NCBI GenBank assembly: GCA_910595815.1
Contig: CAJVCM010000015.1
Coordinates: forward strand, 38,551-102,550
Length of the DNA: 64,000 nt
Direction of reading: 5' to 3'
Source: Candidatus Thioglobus plumae
GTDB taxonomy: Bacteria > Pseudomonadota > Gammaproteobacteria > PS1 > Pseudothioglobaceae
A model generated the notes under the pieces. The model made no database searches. It saw only the letters and a program-made list of their open reading frames with translations, and was not told where the DNA came from. Numbering within the stretch: the first letter of the stretch is position 1; every line of letters starts with the position of its first letter. The position numbers were made by a program, and so were the translations under genes. Below are positions 49,753 through 64,000 of the stretch, piece after piece.

Positions 49753-50795
49753 GAAACCAGCTTCCAGCCCATGGTTTTTCCTGCCATGAACGGCACAACA
49801 GTCGTATCGGCAAAAGGGTAGCTGTCAGGCACAACCCAATCTTGTTTTTTTAGGGTGATGGTTTCTGTGTTGTGCGCTAGGCCATAAAAATCAGCACCAA
49901 ATATGGATGCAAAGCCTTCAAGTTTATCTAATGCATTTTGAGATTCAAACGCGCTCGCGTATAGCTCAATCGCACAATGTGCGCTGAGAATACCGGCACA
50001 ACCACAGCTTGATTCTTTATCAGTTTTTGCGTGTGGCGCAGAGTCTGTACCTAAGAAAAACTTAGCGTTGCCACTTGTGGCCGCAGACAACAGCGCTTTT
50101 TGGTGTGGGTTTTCTCGCTTTAAAATTGGCAAGCAAAAATAATGGGGCTTAATACCACCCACCAGCATATCGTTACGATTTGCCAGCAAATGGTGCGGGG
50201 TTATTGTCGCAGCAATGTTTTCACTTGCAGACAAAACAAAATCAACGGCATCTTTGGTGGTAATGTGTTCAAACACAATTTTCAATTCAGGAAAATCTTG
50301 AACAACCTGAATCAATATTCGTTCAATAAAAACCGCTTCCCGGTCAAAGATATCAATAGTGGCATCGGTCACCTCACCATGCACCAATAGCGGCATACCT
50401 AATTGCTGCATCTTCTCTAATGCAAGATATATATTAGCAACATCTGTTACCCCGCTGTCTGAATTAGTGGTGGCCCCAGCCGGATAAAGCTTGGCCGCCA
50501 CCACTAAACTACTGTCAACAGCTGCTTGGATTTGTTCTGGCGTGGTGTTGTCTGTTAGATATAAAACCATCAGCGGTGTGAAATTAGTATCTGTTGGCAG
50601 GGCGTTCAGAATTTCTTGATGGTACTGCTGTGCTTGGCCAGCATCACTAACGGGTGGCGTTAGGTTTGGCATAATAATGGCTCTGCCCATTTGCGAAGCT
50701 GTCATACCAATCACTGATTTAAGCATCTCACCCGAACGCACATGCAAGTGCCAATCATCCGGGCGAATAATCTGTAACGTATCATTGTGCTGCAT
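49749..50795 (-). CDS. pyrC: dihydroorotase (homodimeric type II)
   Basis: [19 protein letters not shown], and GTDSAPH, 348 aa. Confidence 0.92.
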   Translation of the reverse strand: MQHNDTLQIIRPDDWHLHVRSGEMLKSVIGMTASQMGRAIIMPNLTPPVSDAGQAQQYHQEILNALPTDTNFTPLMVLYLTDNTTPEQIQAAVDSSLVVAAKLYPAGATTNSDSGVTDVANIYLALEKMQQLGMPLLVHGEVTDATIDIFDREAVFIERILIQVVQDFPELKIVFEHITTKDAVDFVLSASENIAATITPHHLLANRNDMLVGGIKPHYFCLPILKRENPHQKALLSAATSGNAKFFLGTDSAPHAKTDKESSCGCAGILSAHCAIELYASAFESQNALDKLEGFASIFGADFYGLAHNTETITLKKQDWVVPDSYPFADTTVVPFMAGKTMGWKLVS

Positions 50796-51846
50796 AAATG
50801 GCTCCTAATATTCTCGCACCTTTAGCACCCGTCACCAACGGCAAGCTTGAGGTTTTTCCCTTTAATGTTTGCTGTGCAAAGAACCCAAAAGCAGCAGCCT
50901 CAACATAATCAACCGGCATGCCTAAGTCATTTGTAGTGGACACCTTGCTGTAAGGATTTAAATAAGCCAAACGCTCAGCTAAAAATAAATTATGCACGCC
51001 GCCGCCGCAAAGATATACATCTGCGCCTTTGGCAATCTGTTGACTAATACTCATGGCCGTTAATTCTACCAAAGTTCTTTGTACATCAACAGCGCTTTCA
51101 TTGCCAGTCAAGTAGGTTGCAAGCCAAGCCAAATTAAAATATTCTGGCCCCGTGCTTTTTGGCGCTGGTTTTTTAAAATACTCGTCTGCTAACAGGGTGC
51201 TCAATAAGCGTTCGTCAATAAGGCCGGATCTCGCCCAAATACCATCTCGGTCATAGTCCAACTGTTTAGATTTTTTAATCCAATTGTCTAACAGTGTGTT
51301 GGCAGGGCCGGTATCAAAACCCGTAATAACGCCTTTTAAAACTTGTGTTAAATTAGCAATACCGCCCAAATTAATTACCACACCTTCTTTGCCTTGTAAT
51401 AAATGCTGATGATACATAGGTGTTAACGGCGCACCTTGGCCTGCAGCGGCAATATCATTCATACGAAAATCACTAACCACAACAATACCAGTACGTTCTG
51501 CAATGATAGCACCATGTCCAATCTGCATAGAGTATTCACCACCTTGGTGGAAGATAGTTTGGCCGTGTGAGCCAATCACCTCGATGTCTGTTGCTAAAAT
51601 ATTAGCGTTTTCAAGCAAAACATCAACTGCATCAGAAAAAAAATGAGCGACCTGTGTGTCGATGTCTGCCAAATCTTTTAACTGGGTTTGCCCGCTCTGA
51701 GTCAGTGATCGCAGTTGTTGTTTTAACGATTTTGGATAAGGCAAATAAGTTTTCGCTAATAGTTGTGTTGCAGTTGTGTTAACAACAACTGCGTCAACAC
51801 CATCCAAACTGGTGCCAGACATAAGGCCAATACAAAGGTTAGCCAT
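50782..51846 (-). CDS. anmK: anhydro-N-acetylmuramic acid kinase
   Basis: [14 protein letters not shown]-terminus. The start was moved to the ATG at 51846, which overlaps the secA stop by 8 nt. Confidence 0.9.
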   Translation of the reverse strand: MANLCIGLMSGTSLDGVDAVVVNTTATQLLAKTYLPYPKSLKQQLRSLTQSGQTQLKDLADIDTQVAHFFSDAVDVLLENANILATDIEVIGSHGQTIFHQGGEYSMQIGHGAIIAERTGIVVVSDFRMNDIAAAGQGAPLTPMYHQHLLQGKEGVVINLGGIANLTQVLKGVITGFDTGPANTLLDNWIKKSKQLDYDRDGIWARSGLIDERLLSTLLADEYFKKPAPKSTGPEYFNLAWLATYLTGNESAVDVQRTLVELTAMSISQQIAKGADVYLCGGGVHNLFLAERLAYLNPYSKVSTTNDLGMPVDYVEAAAFGFFAQQTLKGKTSSLPLVTGAKGARILGAIYAAQ

Positions 51847-54517
51847 GGCAATTTTTGTATTTTTTACCTGATCCACAAGGGCAAGGGTCGTTGCGCCCCA
51901 CCTTTTCAACCTTTGATTGCTCGTCTTCTTGCATAACACTCTCAACCTCGTGATTGTCTACACCTGTTGTGCCAAGTGTTTCATGTTGCGCTTGTGCGTT
52001 CTCATTATTTTGCTGTTCAACGTCGTCAGCACTAGTGTTTTCATTAAGCACAACACTAGATAACGACTTAACAATTTCAATATTAATGGTATCTAAAAGC
52101 GACTCAAACATAGTAAAAGATTCGCGCTTGTATTCTTGTGTTGGATTCTTTTGTGCATAGCCACGTAAGTTAACACTTTTTCGTAAGTAGTCCATTGCTG
52201 CTAAATGCTCTTTCCAAAAATGATCCAGGGTTTGCAACATCACTGCTTTTTCAAACCCACGCATTGACTCTGCACCAGCAATCTCTTCTTTGTAATCACA
52301 AATTGAGCTGAGGCCTTCAACAATCCTACCTTCAAGCTCATCAACGTCAACACCTTCATCTAACCATTGTTGTAAAGGAAAGTCTGCAGCGTAGTCTGCT
52401 TTTAAAACATTGTGCAAACCCTCAACATCCCAATCTTCCTCAGCCTGCTCAGTTGAAACATAGCCTACAAATAAATCATTAACCACACCTTTACGTATTT
52501 GAATAAATCGGTCTTGTACGTCATCAACACTCATTAGCTCGTCACGCAACTGGTAAATCACTCTACGCTGATCATTGGCAACATCATCATATTCTAAAAG
52601 GTTTTTACGTGCATCGTAGTTCATACCTTCGACTTTTTTCTGTGCGTTTTCAATTGCACGATTCACCATTCTATGCTCAATCGCCTCGCCTTTTTCCATG
52701 CCCAATCGCTGCATCATTGCCGCCATTTTTTCACTGGCAAAAATACGCATTAGGTTGTCTTCAAGTGAAAGATAAAAACGCGTCGAGCCTACGTCACCTT
52801 GACGACCAGAACGACCACGCAACTGATTATCTACACGACGAGACTCGTTACGCTCGGTGCCGACAATATGCAAGCCGCCGGCTTTAATAACTGCCTCGTG
52901 CTGAACTTGCCAGTCGGCCTTTTGTTTGTCGCTTGCACCTTCTGCCAATTTACCACCCAGAACAATATCTGTACCACGGCCTGCCATATTGGTGGCAATG
53001 GTAACCGCGCCAATACTACCTGCGTTGGCAATAATTTGCGCCTCGCGCTCATGCTGTTTGGCGTTTAACACCTCGTGCTTAATCTTTCTTTGTGTAAGTA
53101 AATTAGAAATAGATTCAGAGTTTTCAATACTACTGGTACCAACTAAAACAGGTTGTCCTGTTTTCTGACAATTCTCCACATCAATGGCAATCGCTCCAAG
53201 TTTTTCTTCCAAGGTCAAATAAATCTGATCTGACTTATCATCACGAGCGGATAACCTGTTAGGTGGAACAACCACCGTTTCAAGCGCATAAATATCTTGG
53301 AATTCTACCGCTTCAGTGTCGGCCGTGCCGGTCATACCAGAAAGCTTGTTATAAAGTCTGAAGTAGTTCTGGAAGGTAATCGAGGCTAGCGTTTGGTTTT
53401 CTTTTTTAATACTCACACCTTCTTTAGCTTCAATAGCCTGATGCAAACCTTCTGACCAGCGACGACCCGGCATAGTTCTGCCAGTAAACTCATCAACAAT
53501 AACAACCTCATCTTCTTGAACAATGTAGTCCACGTCTTTTTTGAATAGAACATGGGCGCGTAATGCTGAATTAATGTGTTGCATCAGCAAAATGTTACTG
53601 GCATCATACAGGCTTGCGCCCTCGGGTAAAGCGCCTGCGTTAATAAGCATATCTTCTGCTTTAGCATGGCCATCATCAGTTAAAAAGACTTGCTTGTGTT
53701 TTTCATCAACAGTGTAATCACCGGCTTCCTCGATTACAATTTCTTTACCTTCGCCGCTCTCTGTCTGCTTAGAAAAATGAGGAATCATTTGATTAATCGC
53801 CTGATAAACAGCTGAATAATCATCTGCCGCTCCTGAAATGATCAGCGGTGTTCTAGCTTCGTCAATCAAGATAGAGTCCACTTCGTCAATAATTGCAAAA
53901 TTAAGGTCTCGCTGCACTTTTTGCTCAGTGGTAAAGGCCATGTTGTCTCTTAAATAATCAAAACCTAGTTCGTTATTGGTTGCATAAACAATGTCGCATT
54001 CGTAAGCCGCTTTCTTATCTTCTGGTGGTATATCAGAAGTAACAATACCAACACTAAGACCTAAAAAGTTAAATACTTTTCCCATCCACTCAGCGTCACG
54101 AGCAGCTAAATAATCATTCACTGTTACTACGTGCACACCTGCACCACCTAGTGCGTTCAAATAAGCGGGTAAAGTGGCTACCAGCGTCTTACCCTCACCA
54201 GTACCCATTTCTGCAATATTGCCATCATTGAGCACCATGCCGCCAATCATTTGTACGTCATGATGCCTAAGCCCTAATACACGAACACTGGTTTCTCGAA
54301 TTACGGCAAAAGCCTCAGGAAGCAAAGACTCTAAAGTGGCTTGCTGCTCTAGCTGTTGTTTAAAATATTGAGTTTTAGCTTTAAGATCTTCATCGCTTAA
54401 AGTCTGTAAACTAGGCTCAAAATTATTGATTTTATCAACAGCTTTGAAGAGTGTTTTTATTAGGCGGTCGTTGCGAGAACCAACAATTTTGGCAACAACT
54501 TTATTTATAATGTTCAT
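51839..54517 (-). CDS. secA: preprotein translocase ATPase SecA
   Basis: 892 aa with [32 protein letters not shown], and the C-terminal zinc motif [14 protein letters not shown]. Confidence 0.98.
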   Translation of the reverse strand: MNIINKVVAKIVGSRNDRLIKTLFKAVDKINNFEPSLQTLSDEDLKAKTQYFKQQLEQQATLESLLPEAFAVIRETSVRVLGLRHHDVQMIGGMVLNDGNIAEMGTGEGKTLVATLPAYLNALGGAGVHVVTVNDYLAARDAEWMGKVFNFLGLSVGIVTSDIPPEDKKAAYECDIVYATNNELGFDYLRDNMAFTTEQKVQRDLNFAIIDEVDSILIDEARTPLIISGAADDYSAVYQAINQMIPHFSKQTESGEGKEIVIEEAGDYTVDEKHKQVFLTDDGHAKAEDMLINAGALPEGASLYDASNILLMQHINSALRAHVLFKKDVDYIVQEDEVVIVDEFTGRTMPGRRWSEGLHQAIEAKEGVSIKKENQTLASITFQNYFRLYNKLSGMTGTADTEAVEFQDIYALETVVVPPNRLSARDDKSDQIYLTLEEKLGAIAIDVENCQKTGQPVLVGTSSIENSESISNLLTQRKIKHEVLNAKQHEREAQIIANAGSIGAVTIATNMAGRGTDIVLGGKLAEGASDKQKADWQVQHEAVIKAGGLHIVGTERNESRRVDNQLRGRSGRQGDVGSTRFYLSLEDNLMRIFASEKMAAMMQRLGMEKGEAIEHRMVNRAIENAQKKVEGMNYDARKNLLEYDDVANDQRRVIYQLRDELMSVDDVQDRFIQIRKGVVNDLFVGYVSTEQAEEDWDVEGLHNVLKADYAADFPLQQWLDEGVDVDELEGRIVEGLSSICDYKEEIAGAESMRGFEKAVMLQTLDHFWKEHLAAMDYLRKSVNLRGYAQKNPTQEYKRESFTMFESLLDTINIEIVKSLSSVVLNENTSADDVEQQNNENAQAQHETLGTTGVDNHEVESVMQEDEQSKVEKVGRNDPCPCGSGKKYKNCHG

Positions 54518-54634
54518 TGATGTGAATAAAACGTAATTTTAAAAATGGCTCTATTTTCGCACAGATATTATGATACAGACAGCCCTTTACAAGGTCATTT
54601 TATGAATTTAAAGTTAGTGTCTAAACAATAACGC

Positions 54635-54946
54635 ATGTCTTCTAAAAAAAATAACATGACCAACACGTCGAACTTTACACCCAAAGGTGATCTGGGCGCT
54701 TTGTTTGCCCAAGCAAGAATGTTTAATCAGTTAAATGATCAGCTATCGACACTACTACCTGATGCTTTTAAAACGCTATCATTGTGCACTTTAAAAGACA
54801 ATACGGCTACATTTGTTACACACAATCAAGCGGTTGCATTTCGAGCCCAAAAACAACAGGACGCCTTGCTGGATATTCTCAAAAATTTAGACACCTTATC
54901 AAGCATCCAAAAAATCATCATCAAAGTTGATTTAACAGAACATTAG
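54635..54946 (+). CDS. DUF721/DciA-like protein (putative replicative helicase operator)
   Basis: 103 aa, divergent from secA as in other DnaC-less gammaproteobacteria. The sequence call is tentative. Confidence 0.55.
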   Translation: MSSKKNNMTNTSNFTPKGDLGALFAQARMFNQLNDQLSTLLPDAFKTLSLCTLKDNTATFVTHNQAVAFRAQKQQDALLDILKNLDTLSSIQKIIIKVDLTEH

Positions 54947-55033
54947 AAGAATTAACTATTATATAAAGCTGATATACATTATAATTATTGGGTTTTATTT
55001 AAACATATTTATACGAAAAGGATAGTAACCCTT

Positions 55034-55630
55034 ATGTCAGGACAAGAAATAGACCTCAAGAAAAGACGTTTTCTAACTAACGCTACAAGCGTGGTTGGTG
55101 CCGTCGGCGTTGGCTTTGTAGCATGGCCGTTTTTATCATCATGGATGCCTTCAGCAAGAGCAAAAGCAGCCGGTGCACCCGTTGATGTTGATATTAGCAA
55201 ATTAGAATCAGGGCAACTGGTTCGCGTGCTTTGGCGCAAAAAGCCGGTTTGGATTTTCAAACGTGACTCTTCTACTATTGCTAACTTAAAAACGTTAGAC
55301 GCTGAGTTAACAGATCCTAACAACGAAGAAGACCAACAACCTATTTATGCTAAAAACACGTACCGTTCAATTAAAGAAGAAGTTGCGGTTATTGTTGGTG
55401 TTTGTACACACCTAGGCTGTTCACCAACCTACCGACCAGAATTAGGCGCGGCAGATTTAGGTGGCGACGCATGGAAGGGTGGCTTCTACTGCCCATGTCA
55501 TGGCTCGAAGTTTGATCTGGCTGGCCGTGTTTACGCAGGCGCTCCAGCACCAACTAACTTAATCATACCACCATATCATTTTGTGTCTGATTCGTTGATT
55601 CGAATTGGTGTTGACCCAAAAGCATCTTAG
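55034..55630 (+). CDS. petA: ubiquinol-cytochrome c reductase Rieske iron-sulfur subunit
   Basis: Tat-like RRFL, and Rieske boxes CTHLGC and CPCHGS. Confidence 0.93.
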   Translation: MSGQEIDLKKRRFLTNATSVVGAVGVGFVAWPFLSSWMPSARAKAAGAPVDVDISKLESGQLVRVLWRKKPVWIFKRDSSTIANLKTLDAELTDPNNEEDQQPIYAKNTYRSIKEEVAVIVGVCTHLGCSPTYRPELGAADLGGDAWKGGFYCPCHGSKFDLAGRVYAGAPAPTNLIIPPYHFVSDSLIRIGVDPKAS

Positions 55631-55639
55631 GAGAAAACC

Positions 55640-56863
55640 ATGGATAACAATAAAAGCTGGATCGATCAAAGATTTCCACTAACCAAGGTTTGGAATGAAC
55701 ACTTAGCCGAGTACTACACGCCTAGAAATTTTAACTTCTGGTACTTCTTTGGCTCATTAGCAATGTTAGTACTGGTCATGCAAATCGTCACGGGTATTTT
55801 CTTAACCATGCACTTTAAGCCAGACTCAGCCAATGCGTTTGCTTCGGTTGAATACATCATGCGTGATGTAGACTGGGGTTGGCTGATTCGTTACTTGCAT
55901 TCAACAGGTGCGTCAGCATTCTTCATTGTGATTTACCTGCATATGTATCGTGGCTTGTTATACGGCTCTTACAAGGCGCCACGTGAACTTATCTGGATTC
56001 TAGGTATGGTGCTTTACATTGCACTAATGGCAGAAGCCTTCATGGGTTATGTATTGCCATGGGGTCAAATGTCATACTGGGGTGCGCAAGTAATTATCTC
56101 TTTATTTGGCTCAGTTCCATTTATTGGTCCTGATCTATTAACCTGGATCTTGGGCGATTACGCTGTAGGCGATCCTGCACTGAACCGCTTCTTTTCATTA
56201 CACGTGATTGCATTACCGTTAATCTTAGTTGTGTTGGTGTTCTTACACATTGTGGCTTTGCATACAGTTGGCTCAAACAACCCTGACGGCGTGGAAATTA
56301 AAAAGAATAAGGACAAAGACGGCATTCCTAAAGACGGCATTCCTTTCCACCCATACTACAGCGTAAAAGACATTGTTGGTGTGGTGGTATTCTTAATGCT
56401 TTTCTCGGCAGTTGTATTCTTTGCACCAGCAATGAACGGCTACTTTTTAGAACACGCAAACTTTATTGAAGCTAACCCACTTAAAACACCTGATCACATT
56501 GCACCACTTTGGTACTTAACGCCTTTCTACTCAGTGTTAAGAGCGATTCCACCAATGTTTGGCTCGCAATTCCCAGGCGTGGTTGGTATGTTTGCGGCTT
56601 TGTTAATTTTATTAGCACTACCGTGGTTAGATCGCTCTAAAGTGAAATCAATCCGCTACCGCTCATGGCCTTACAAGGTAGCATTAGGTATCTTTGTCGT
56701 CAGCTTTATCGTACTAGGCTGGTTAGGCATGCAACCAGTAACACCAATCAACGCTCTATTGGCTAGAGTCTTTACAGCGGCTTACTTTGGCTTCTTTATC
56801 CTTATGCCTTGGTTTACCTCTATCGGAAAAACCAAAGAAGTGCCTGCGCGAGTAACGGAGTAA
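55640..56863 (+). CDS. petB: cytochrome b
   Basis: 407 aa polytopic protein with IRYLHSTGAS and the PEWY-region equivalent. Confidence 0.95.
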   Translation: MDNNKSWIDQRFPLTKVWNEHLAEYYTPRNFNFWYFFGSLAMLVLVMQIVTGIFLTMHFKPDSANAFASVEYIMRDVDWGWLIRYLHSTGASAFFIVIYLHMYRGLLYGSYKAPRELIWILGMVLYIALMAEAFMGYVLPWGQMSYWGAQVIISLFGSVPFIGPDLLTWILGDYAVGDPALNRFFSLHVIALPLILVVLVFLHIVALHTVGSNNPDGVEIKKNKDKDGIPKDGIPFHPYYSVKDIVGVVVFLMLFSAVVFFAPAMNGYFLEHANFIEANPLKTPDHIAPLWYLTPFYSVLRAIPPMFGSQFPGVVGMFAALLILLALPWLDRSKVKSIRYRSWPYKVALGIFVVSFIVLGWLGMQPVTPINALLARVFTAAYFGFFILMPWFTSIGKTKEVPARVTE

Positions 56864-56864
56864 T

Positions 56865-57554
56865 ATGATGAAAAAATTATTAAAAACAACCTTGTCTGTT
56901 TTAGCCGGTTTGGCAATTTCGTTTAACGTGCTGGCTGCTGCTGCCGTCACGCTTGACTCTGCTAACACAGATATTAGAGATCAAAAGTCGTTGCAAAATG
57001 GCGCCAAGCTGTTTATGAACTACTGTTCAGGCTGTCACTCAATCGCATTCATGCGTTACAATCGCATCGGTAAAGATCTCAACATCTCTGATGCTGATGT
57101 TGAAAAAAACCTAATGTTTAGCGGTGACAAAATTGGTGAAACAATCACGTCTTCAATGTCTAAAACAGGCGCAGAAAAATGGTTCGGCACCACACCCCCG
57201 GATCTATCTTTGGTCTCTCGCTCTAAGGGTGTAGACTGGATTTACACATACTTGCACGGTTTTTACAAAGATGAGTCTCGCCCATTTGGTGTTAACAACA
57301 AAATCTTAGTCAACGCCTCTATGCCCGATGTTTTGTGGGAGCTTAAGCAAAACAAATCAGCAGAAGATTTTGATCAAGACGTTAGAGATATTACCAACTT
57401 CTTAGATTATGTTGGTGAGCCTGCTAAGCTAGTGCGTGTTGACCTTGGTTACAAAGTATTGGCCTTCTTATTTGTTCTATTCATCCTTTCTTATTTGTTG
57501 AAAAAAGAATACTGGAAAGATGTGAAATATGGCAAATGGCGCGCTAAAGACTAA
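56865..57554 (+). CDS. petC: cytochrome c1
   Basis: Signal peptide, CSGCHS heme motif, and a C-terminal TM anchor. Confidence 0.88.
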   Translation: MMKKLLKTTLSVLAGLAISFNVLAAAAVTLDSANTDIRDQKSLQNGAKLFMNYCSGCHSIAFMRYNRIGKDLNISDADVEKNLMFSGDKIGETITSSMSKTGAEKWFGTTPPDLSLVSRSKGVDWIYTYLHGFYKDESRPFGVNNKILVNASMPDVLWELKQNKSAEDFDQDVRDITNFLDYVGEPAKLVRVDLGYKVLAFLFVLFILSYLLKKEYWKDVKYGKWRAKD

Positions 57555-57592
57555 TTAATCACTAATTTCTGATACAATCAGTTAATACATTT

Positions 57593-57626
57593 AACAGCGT
57601 CTCTTTTAAAGGGATGCTGTTTTTTA
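57593..57626 (+). terminator. rho-independent terminator after petC
   Basis: AACAGCGTCTC-ttttaaa-GGGATGCTGTT followed by a T-run. The stem is imperfect. Confidence 0.55.
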
Positions 57627-57639
57627 TTTTTTAAGGATA

Positions 57640-58278
57640 ATGACTATGCTAACCAAACCCAATCCAGCTTCAACCACACTTTACGCCTCTGCTGAGGAAA
57701 TGGAATCACATGCAGTGCGTTTCATCATGGCAGAAAAAAACATTGAAAGAGAGGTGGTAAACTTAAAAGTAGACGAGATGCCTGAGGAAATTTTAGAACT
57801 CAACCCTTGTCAATCGTTGCCAACTTTGTTTGATCGCGGCATGGTGCTATATGATTTATCTGTCATTACTGAATACTTAGATGAGCGCTTTCCGTTCCCG
57901 CCTTTGTTACCCGTTGACCCTATCGAAAAAGCAGAAAAACGCCTGCTAATTTTTAGATTTACTCGCTCCGATGGTTGTTGGTATGAGCTGGTTAACACCA
58001 TTCAAACTGGTAGTAAAAAAGAAGCTAATGAAGCCCGTAAAATTCTTTCAAGCAACTTGATTGAGCTTATCCCTTTGTTTGCTTACCAGACTTATTTTAA
58101 GAGTGATGACATGACGATTGTTGACGCTTGTCTGGCGCCGTTATTATGGAGACTTAAAAAACTCGATATCGACTTAGGCGTTAAAGCCAAACCAATCCAC
58201 GACTACGCTAAACGACTGTTTAGCAAAGCCAGCTTTAAAGATAGCTTGACTGACTGCGAGAAAGAGTTCAACGCCTAA
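57640..58278 (+). CDS. sspA: stringent starvation protein A
   Basis: GST-like fold and position before sspB and after petABC. Confidence 0.9.
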   Translation: MTMLTKPNPASTTLYASAEEMESHAVRFIMAEKNIEREVVNLKVDEMPEEILELNPCQSLPTLFDRGMVLYDLSVITEYLDERFPFPPLLPVDPIEKAEKRLLIFRFTRSDGCWYELVNTIQTGSKKEANEARKILSSNLIELIPLFAYQTYFKSDDMTIVDACLAPLLWRLKKLDIDLGVKAKPIHDYAKRLFSKASFKDSLTDCEKEFNA

Positions 58279-58283
58279 CCTCT

Positions 58284-58652
58284 ATGGCCACAATCTCGGT
58301 AGCGCCCTATTTAATTCGTGCCTATCATCAATGGATGGAAGACTCTGGGTTAACACCGCACATCTTGGTTGACTGTTCAAAGGAGGGCGTCATTGTTCCT
58401 AGTCCTTATATCCAGCAAGGGAAGATTGTACTTAATATTGCTAGTGAAGCAGCTAGCGCCTTGGTGATCAGTAACGAAACCGTCTCATTTAAAGCGCGTT
58501 TTGATGGAAAAACTCAAACGATTAGTGTGCCTACTAGTGCCATATTAACCATCTATGCAGGTGAAAACGGCGAAGGCATGTTTTTCGAGGCCGATACTCA
58601 GAACAAAGAGCAGGATAACGATAAAAAACCCAATTTAACTTTGCTCGACTAG
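58284..58652 (+). CDS. sspB: ClpXP adaptor SspB (short form, 122 aa)
   Basis: PYLIRAYHQWMEDSGLTPHILVD N-terminus. Confidence 0.85.
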   Translation: MATISVAPYLIRAYHQWMEDSGLTPHILVDCSKEGVIVPSPYIQQGKIVLNIASEAASALVISNETVSFKARFDGKTQTISVPTSAILTIYAGENGEGMFFEADTQNKEQDNDKKPNLTLLD

Positions 58653-59285
58653 CCTAAGTGCTGTTTTAACAAACTCGTCTTGATTGTCTTGTTGGAAGAC
58701 CACTACTTTGGCGTCTGTATAGGCTTGAATTGCTTGGGCATTGTCTAGGTTGTTCACACTCATTTGATTTAAAACCAACATGATCACATTAAGATTATGC
58801 TCTTTGGCTGCGCGTAAGCTTAACAACGCCTGGTTGATTGCACCGAGCTCATCTTTAATCACAACCACTACAGGCAATCCAAGTGCTGTCGCTAGATCAA
58901 CATTAAGCAACCGCGCTGCAATTGGGGAATACAGTCCGCCCGCACCTTCAACTACAACAAAATCAGTTGTGTTGGATGGTCTAGATGCTGCAACCAAGTT
59001 GTTTAATGTCACTGCAACACCTTGGTCTGTGCTTGCTTTTTCACCACTCACACAGGCCTCGAACCGATAAGCACAAACAACCTCAATAGGTTCTGGACTA
59101 GCGCAAGCATTATTCAATAAGACCGCATCTTTCGGTGTTAGGCCGTGTGGGGTTTTTATACAGTCACTTTCGATGGGCTTTCTCGCCACAACACGATAGT
59201 TAGAATTCAATGCCCGAATAAGGTGGTTGGCAATAAATGTTTTACCAACATCGGTCCCACTACCGCTAATAAACAATCCTTTCAT
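58635..59285 (-). CDS. bioD: dethiobiotin synthase
   Basis: FISGSGTDVGKT P-loop. The ATG at 59285 is preferred over the upstream TTG. No other bio genes are nearby. Confidence 0.85.
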   Translation of the reverse strand: MKGLFISGSGTDVGKTFIANHLIRALNSNYRVVARKPIESDCIKTPHGLTPKDAVLLNNACASPEPIEVVCAYRFEACVSGEKASTDQGVAVTLNNLVAASRPSNTTDFVVVEGAGGLYSPIAARLLNVDLATALGLPVVVVIKDELGAINQALLSLRAAKEHNLNVIMLVLNQMSVNNLDNAQAIQAYTDAKVVVFQQDNQDEFVKTALRLVEQS

Positions 59286-59311
59286 GGTTAATAATTTTAA
59301 CAGCAAAAATG

Positions 59312-59317
59312 TATAAT
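59312..59317 (+). promoter_or_regulatory. -10 hexamer TATAAT 7 nt upstream of the pyrD ATG (leaderless-type arrangement)
   Basis: aaatgTATAATactacccATG with no SD. A possible -35, TTAATA, lies 18 nt upstream. Confidence 0.45.
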
Positions 59318-59324
59318 ACTACCC

Positions 59325-62755
<3,431 letters not shown>

Positions 62756-62756
62756 A

Positions 62757-62951
62757 CTACTCTATTTGCTTTGGCGGACAAGGGTGGTCTGCATATGAGC
62801 AAAAAACACAACAATCACCAGGTTTAGGTTTTAAAGTTTTGTCACACGCTGTGCAACGATAAAAATACAAGCAATGATCGCTTGGCATTTTTTCTTGCTG
62901 TTGGTGTTTACAATAAGGGCAACCAATGATTGCGTGTGTTGTTACTTTCAT
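62757..62951 (-). CDS. GDCCVxC-motif small metal-binding protein
   Basis: 64 aa with CPYC, CTAC, GDCCVFC and a C-terminal HPCPP. Lies downstream of chrA. Confidence 0.7.
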   Translation of the reverse strand: MKVTTHAIIGCPYCKHQQQEKMPSDHCLYFYRCTACDKTLKPKPGDCCVFCSYADHPCPPKQIE

Positions 62952-62978
62952 AACAACAGTATATAACGATTGATTGAT

Positions 62979-64000
62979 TCAGGTCAACAACGTCAACGTT
63001 AATCCAATAACAGCACAAGCAGCGATCACGCTCATAATACCGATCTTAAATCGGAATAGAGCCACGAAGGCTGCCACGCCGATTACAGTAGCTACTAAGT
63101 CTAAATCACCACCATTAGGCCATAAAACATTTGTAGCAAAAAACACAGCTAAGTTTATTATTACACCTACTACCGCAGCAGTGACTGCTGAGAGTGGTGC
63201 GCTAAACTTAAGATCCCCTCTGGTTGCCTCTATTCCCGGACCACCTAAAAAGATAAATAAAAATGACGGCAAAAAGGTGAACAACGTAGCAACTGATGCG
63301 CCAGCAAAACCAGCTAACAACAGTGCATCTGGGCCAAATATTTCTTTCGTCCAAGCACCGACAAAACCCACAAACGCCACCACCATGATCAGCGGGCCTG
63401 GCGTAGTTTCACCCAGTGCCAAACCATCCATCATCTGCGTACTCGTTAACCAAGCATATTGATCAACACCACCTTGGTAGATATACGGCAATACTGCGTA
63501 TGCACCGCCAAATGTAACAAGTGCTGCTTTGGTAAAAAATTCACCCATATTACGCAACGTCTCATCACTTAAAAGGCCCATAACAACTAGACCGATACCT
63601 ACCCCTATAACCATAAAAGTAATCAATCGAGACCATTTAAATTTTGCATGTTCAGGGACTGGCGTGTCATCATCAATTAAGGCTGGACCATAACTATCTT
63701 TACCTTCTCCATGATGTGAGCCCGTTGTAAATGTGCTTGGAGAAAATTGTGCACCAAGATAGCCAATTAAGGCGGCACTCAAAACAATATAAGGAAAAGG
63801 AATTTCAAATTTGTATATAGCTATAAAGGCCAATACTGCTAAAACCTTAAGCACGTTGTTCGACAAAGCCTTAGAACCAATACGGTAGGCAGCAAACAGA
63901 ACAATAGCCGTAACAGCTGGTTTAATGCCGTACAAAATACCTTCTACTGCAGGAACATCGCCATAAGTTAAATAAATCCAGGTCAACGCACTTAAGATAA
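62979..64000 (-). CDS. chrA: chromate ion transporter ChrA (5' end beyond the window)
   Basis: Polytopic protein with CHR-family motifs (GGAYAVLPY, ETTPGPL). The reading frame stays open to the window edge. Confidence 0.85.
   Translation of the reverse strand, partial: ILSALTWIYLTYGDVPAVEGILYGIKPAVTAIVLFAAYRIGSKALSNNVLKVLAVLAFIAIYKFEIPFPYIVLSAALIGYLGAQFSPSTFTTGSHHGEGKDSYGPALIDDDTPVPEHAKFKWSRLITFMVIGVGIGLVVMGLLSDETLRNMGEFFTKAALVTFGGAYAVLPYIYQGGVDQYAWLTSTQMMDGLALGETTPGPLIMVVAFVGFVGAWTKEIFGPDALLLAGFAGASVATLFTFLPSFLFIFLGGPGIEATRGDLKFSAPLSAVTAAVVGVIINLAVFFATNVLWPNGGDLDLVATVIGVAAFVALFRFKIGIMSVIAACAVIGLTLTLLT

Noticed and set aside
62974-63462. A 162-aa plus-strand ORF.
   Set aside because: It is antisense to the well-supported chrA gene and has a low-complexity Ala/Thr/Pro/Asn-rich translation.

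Overview
This is about 40% GC chromosomal DNA, almost entirely core housekeeping genome. I read it as a marine gammaproteobacterium, possibly Thiotrichales-, Methylophaga- or Piscirickettsiaceae-like, but the taxon is a guess from gene content. Main blocks in order: (1) rsmI/yraN/dolP, rnhB and purD. (2) The tRNA-fMet-rimP-nusA-infB-rbfA-truB operon. (3) gshB, apbE-rarA-crcB, mltB-ruvX-pyrB-ygfB. (4) A 1.4 kb AT-rich stretch of orphan small ORFs next to tRNA-Phe. (5) trxB, ftsK-lolA, a tandem-repeat secreted protein and tRNA-Thr. (6) A 13.5 kb respiratory supercluster: cbb3 oxidase ccoNOQP directly behind an aa3 oxidase cluster, plus its assembly genes. (7) hisF, uppS-cdsA-dxr and purC. (8) A tightly coupled FKBP-aminotransferase-P-loop-metA-mutY-ribF string. 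(9) pyrC-anmK-secA, dciA-like, petABC, sspAB, bioD, pyrD, leuS, and a GDCCVxC protein with chrA. I found no CRISPR array, IS element, integrase, or recognisable defence or toxin system. The observations worth a second look are: a recurring leaderless-mRNA signature (perfect TATAAT 6-8 nt before SD-less start codons); the tRNA-Phe-adjacent islet with a repeated CTTGAGGAGAGAATAA-type motif and a 50-aa hydrophobic ORF; a promoter-to-terminator candidate sRNA carrying a G8/C8 tract; a Gly/Asn/Met/Pro nonapeptide-repeat secreted protein; and a three-heme CcoP. All functional calls come from reading the translated ORFs and motifs by eye. No database search was run.
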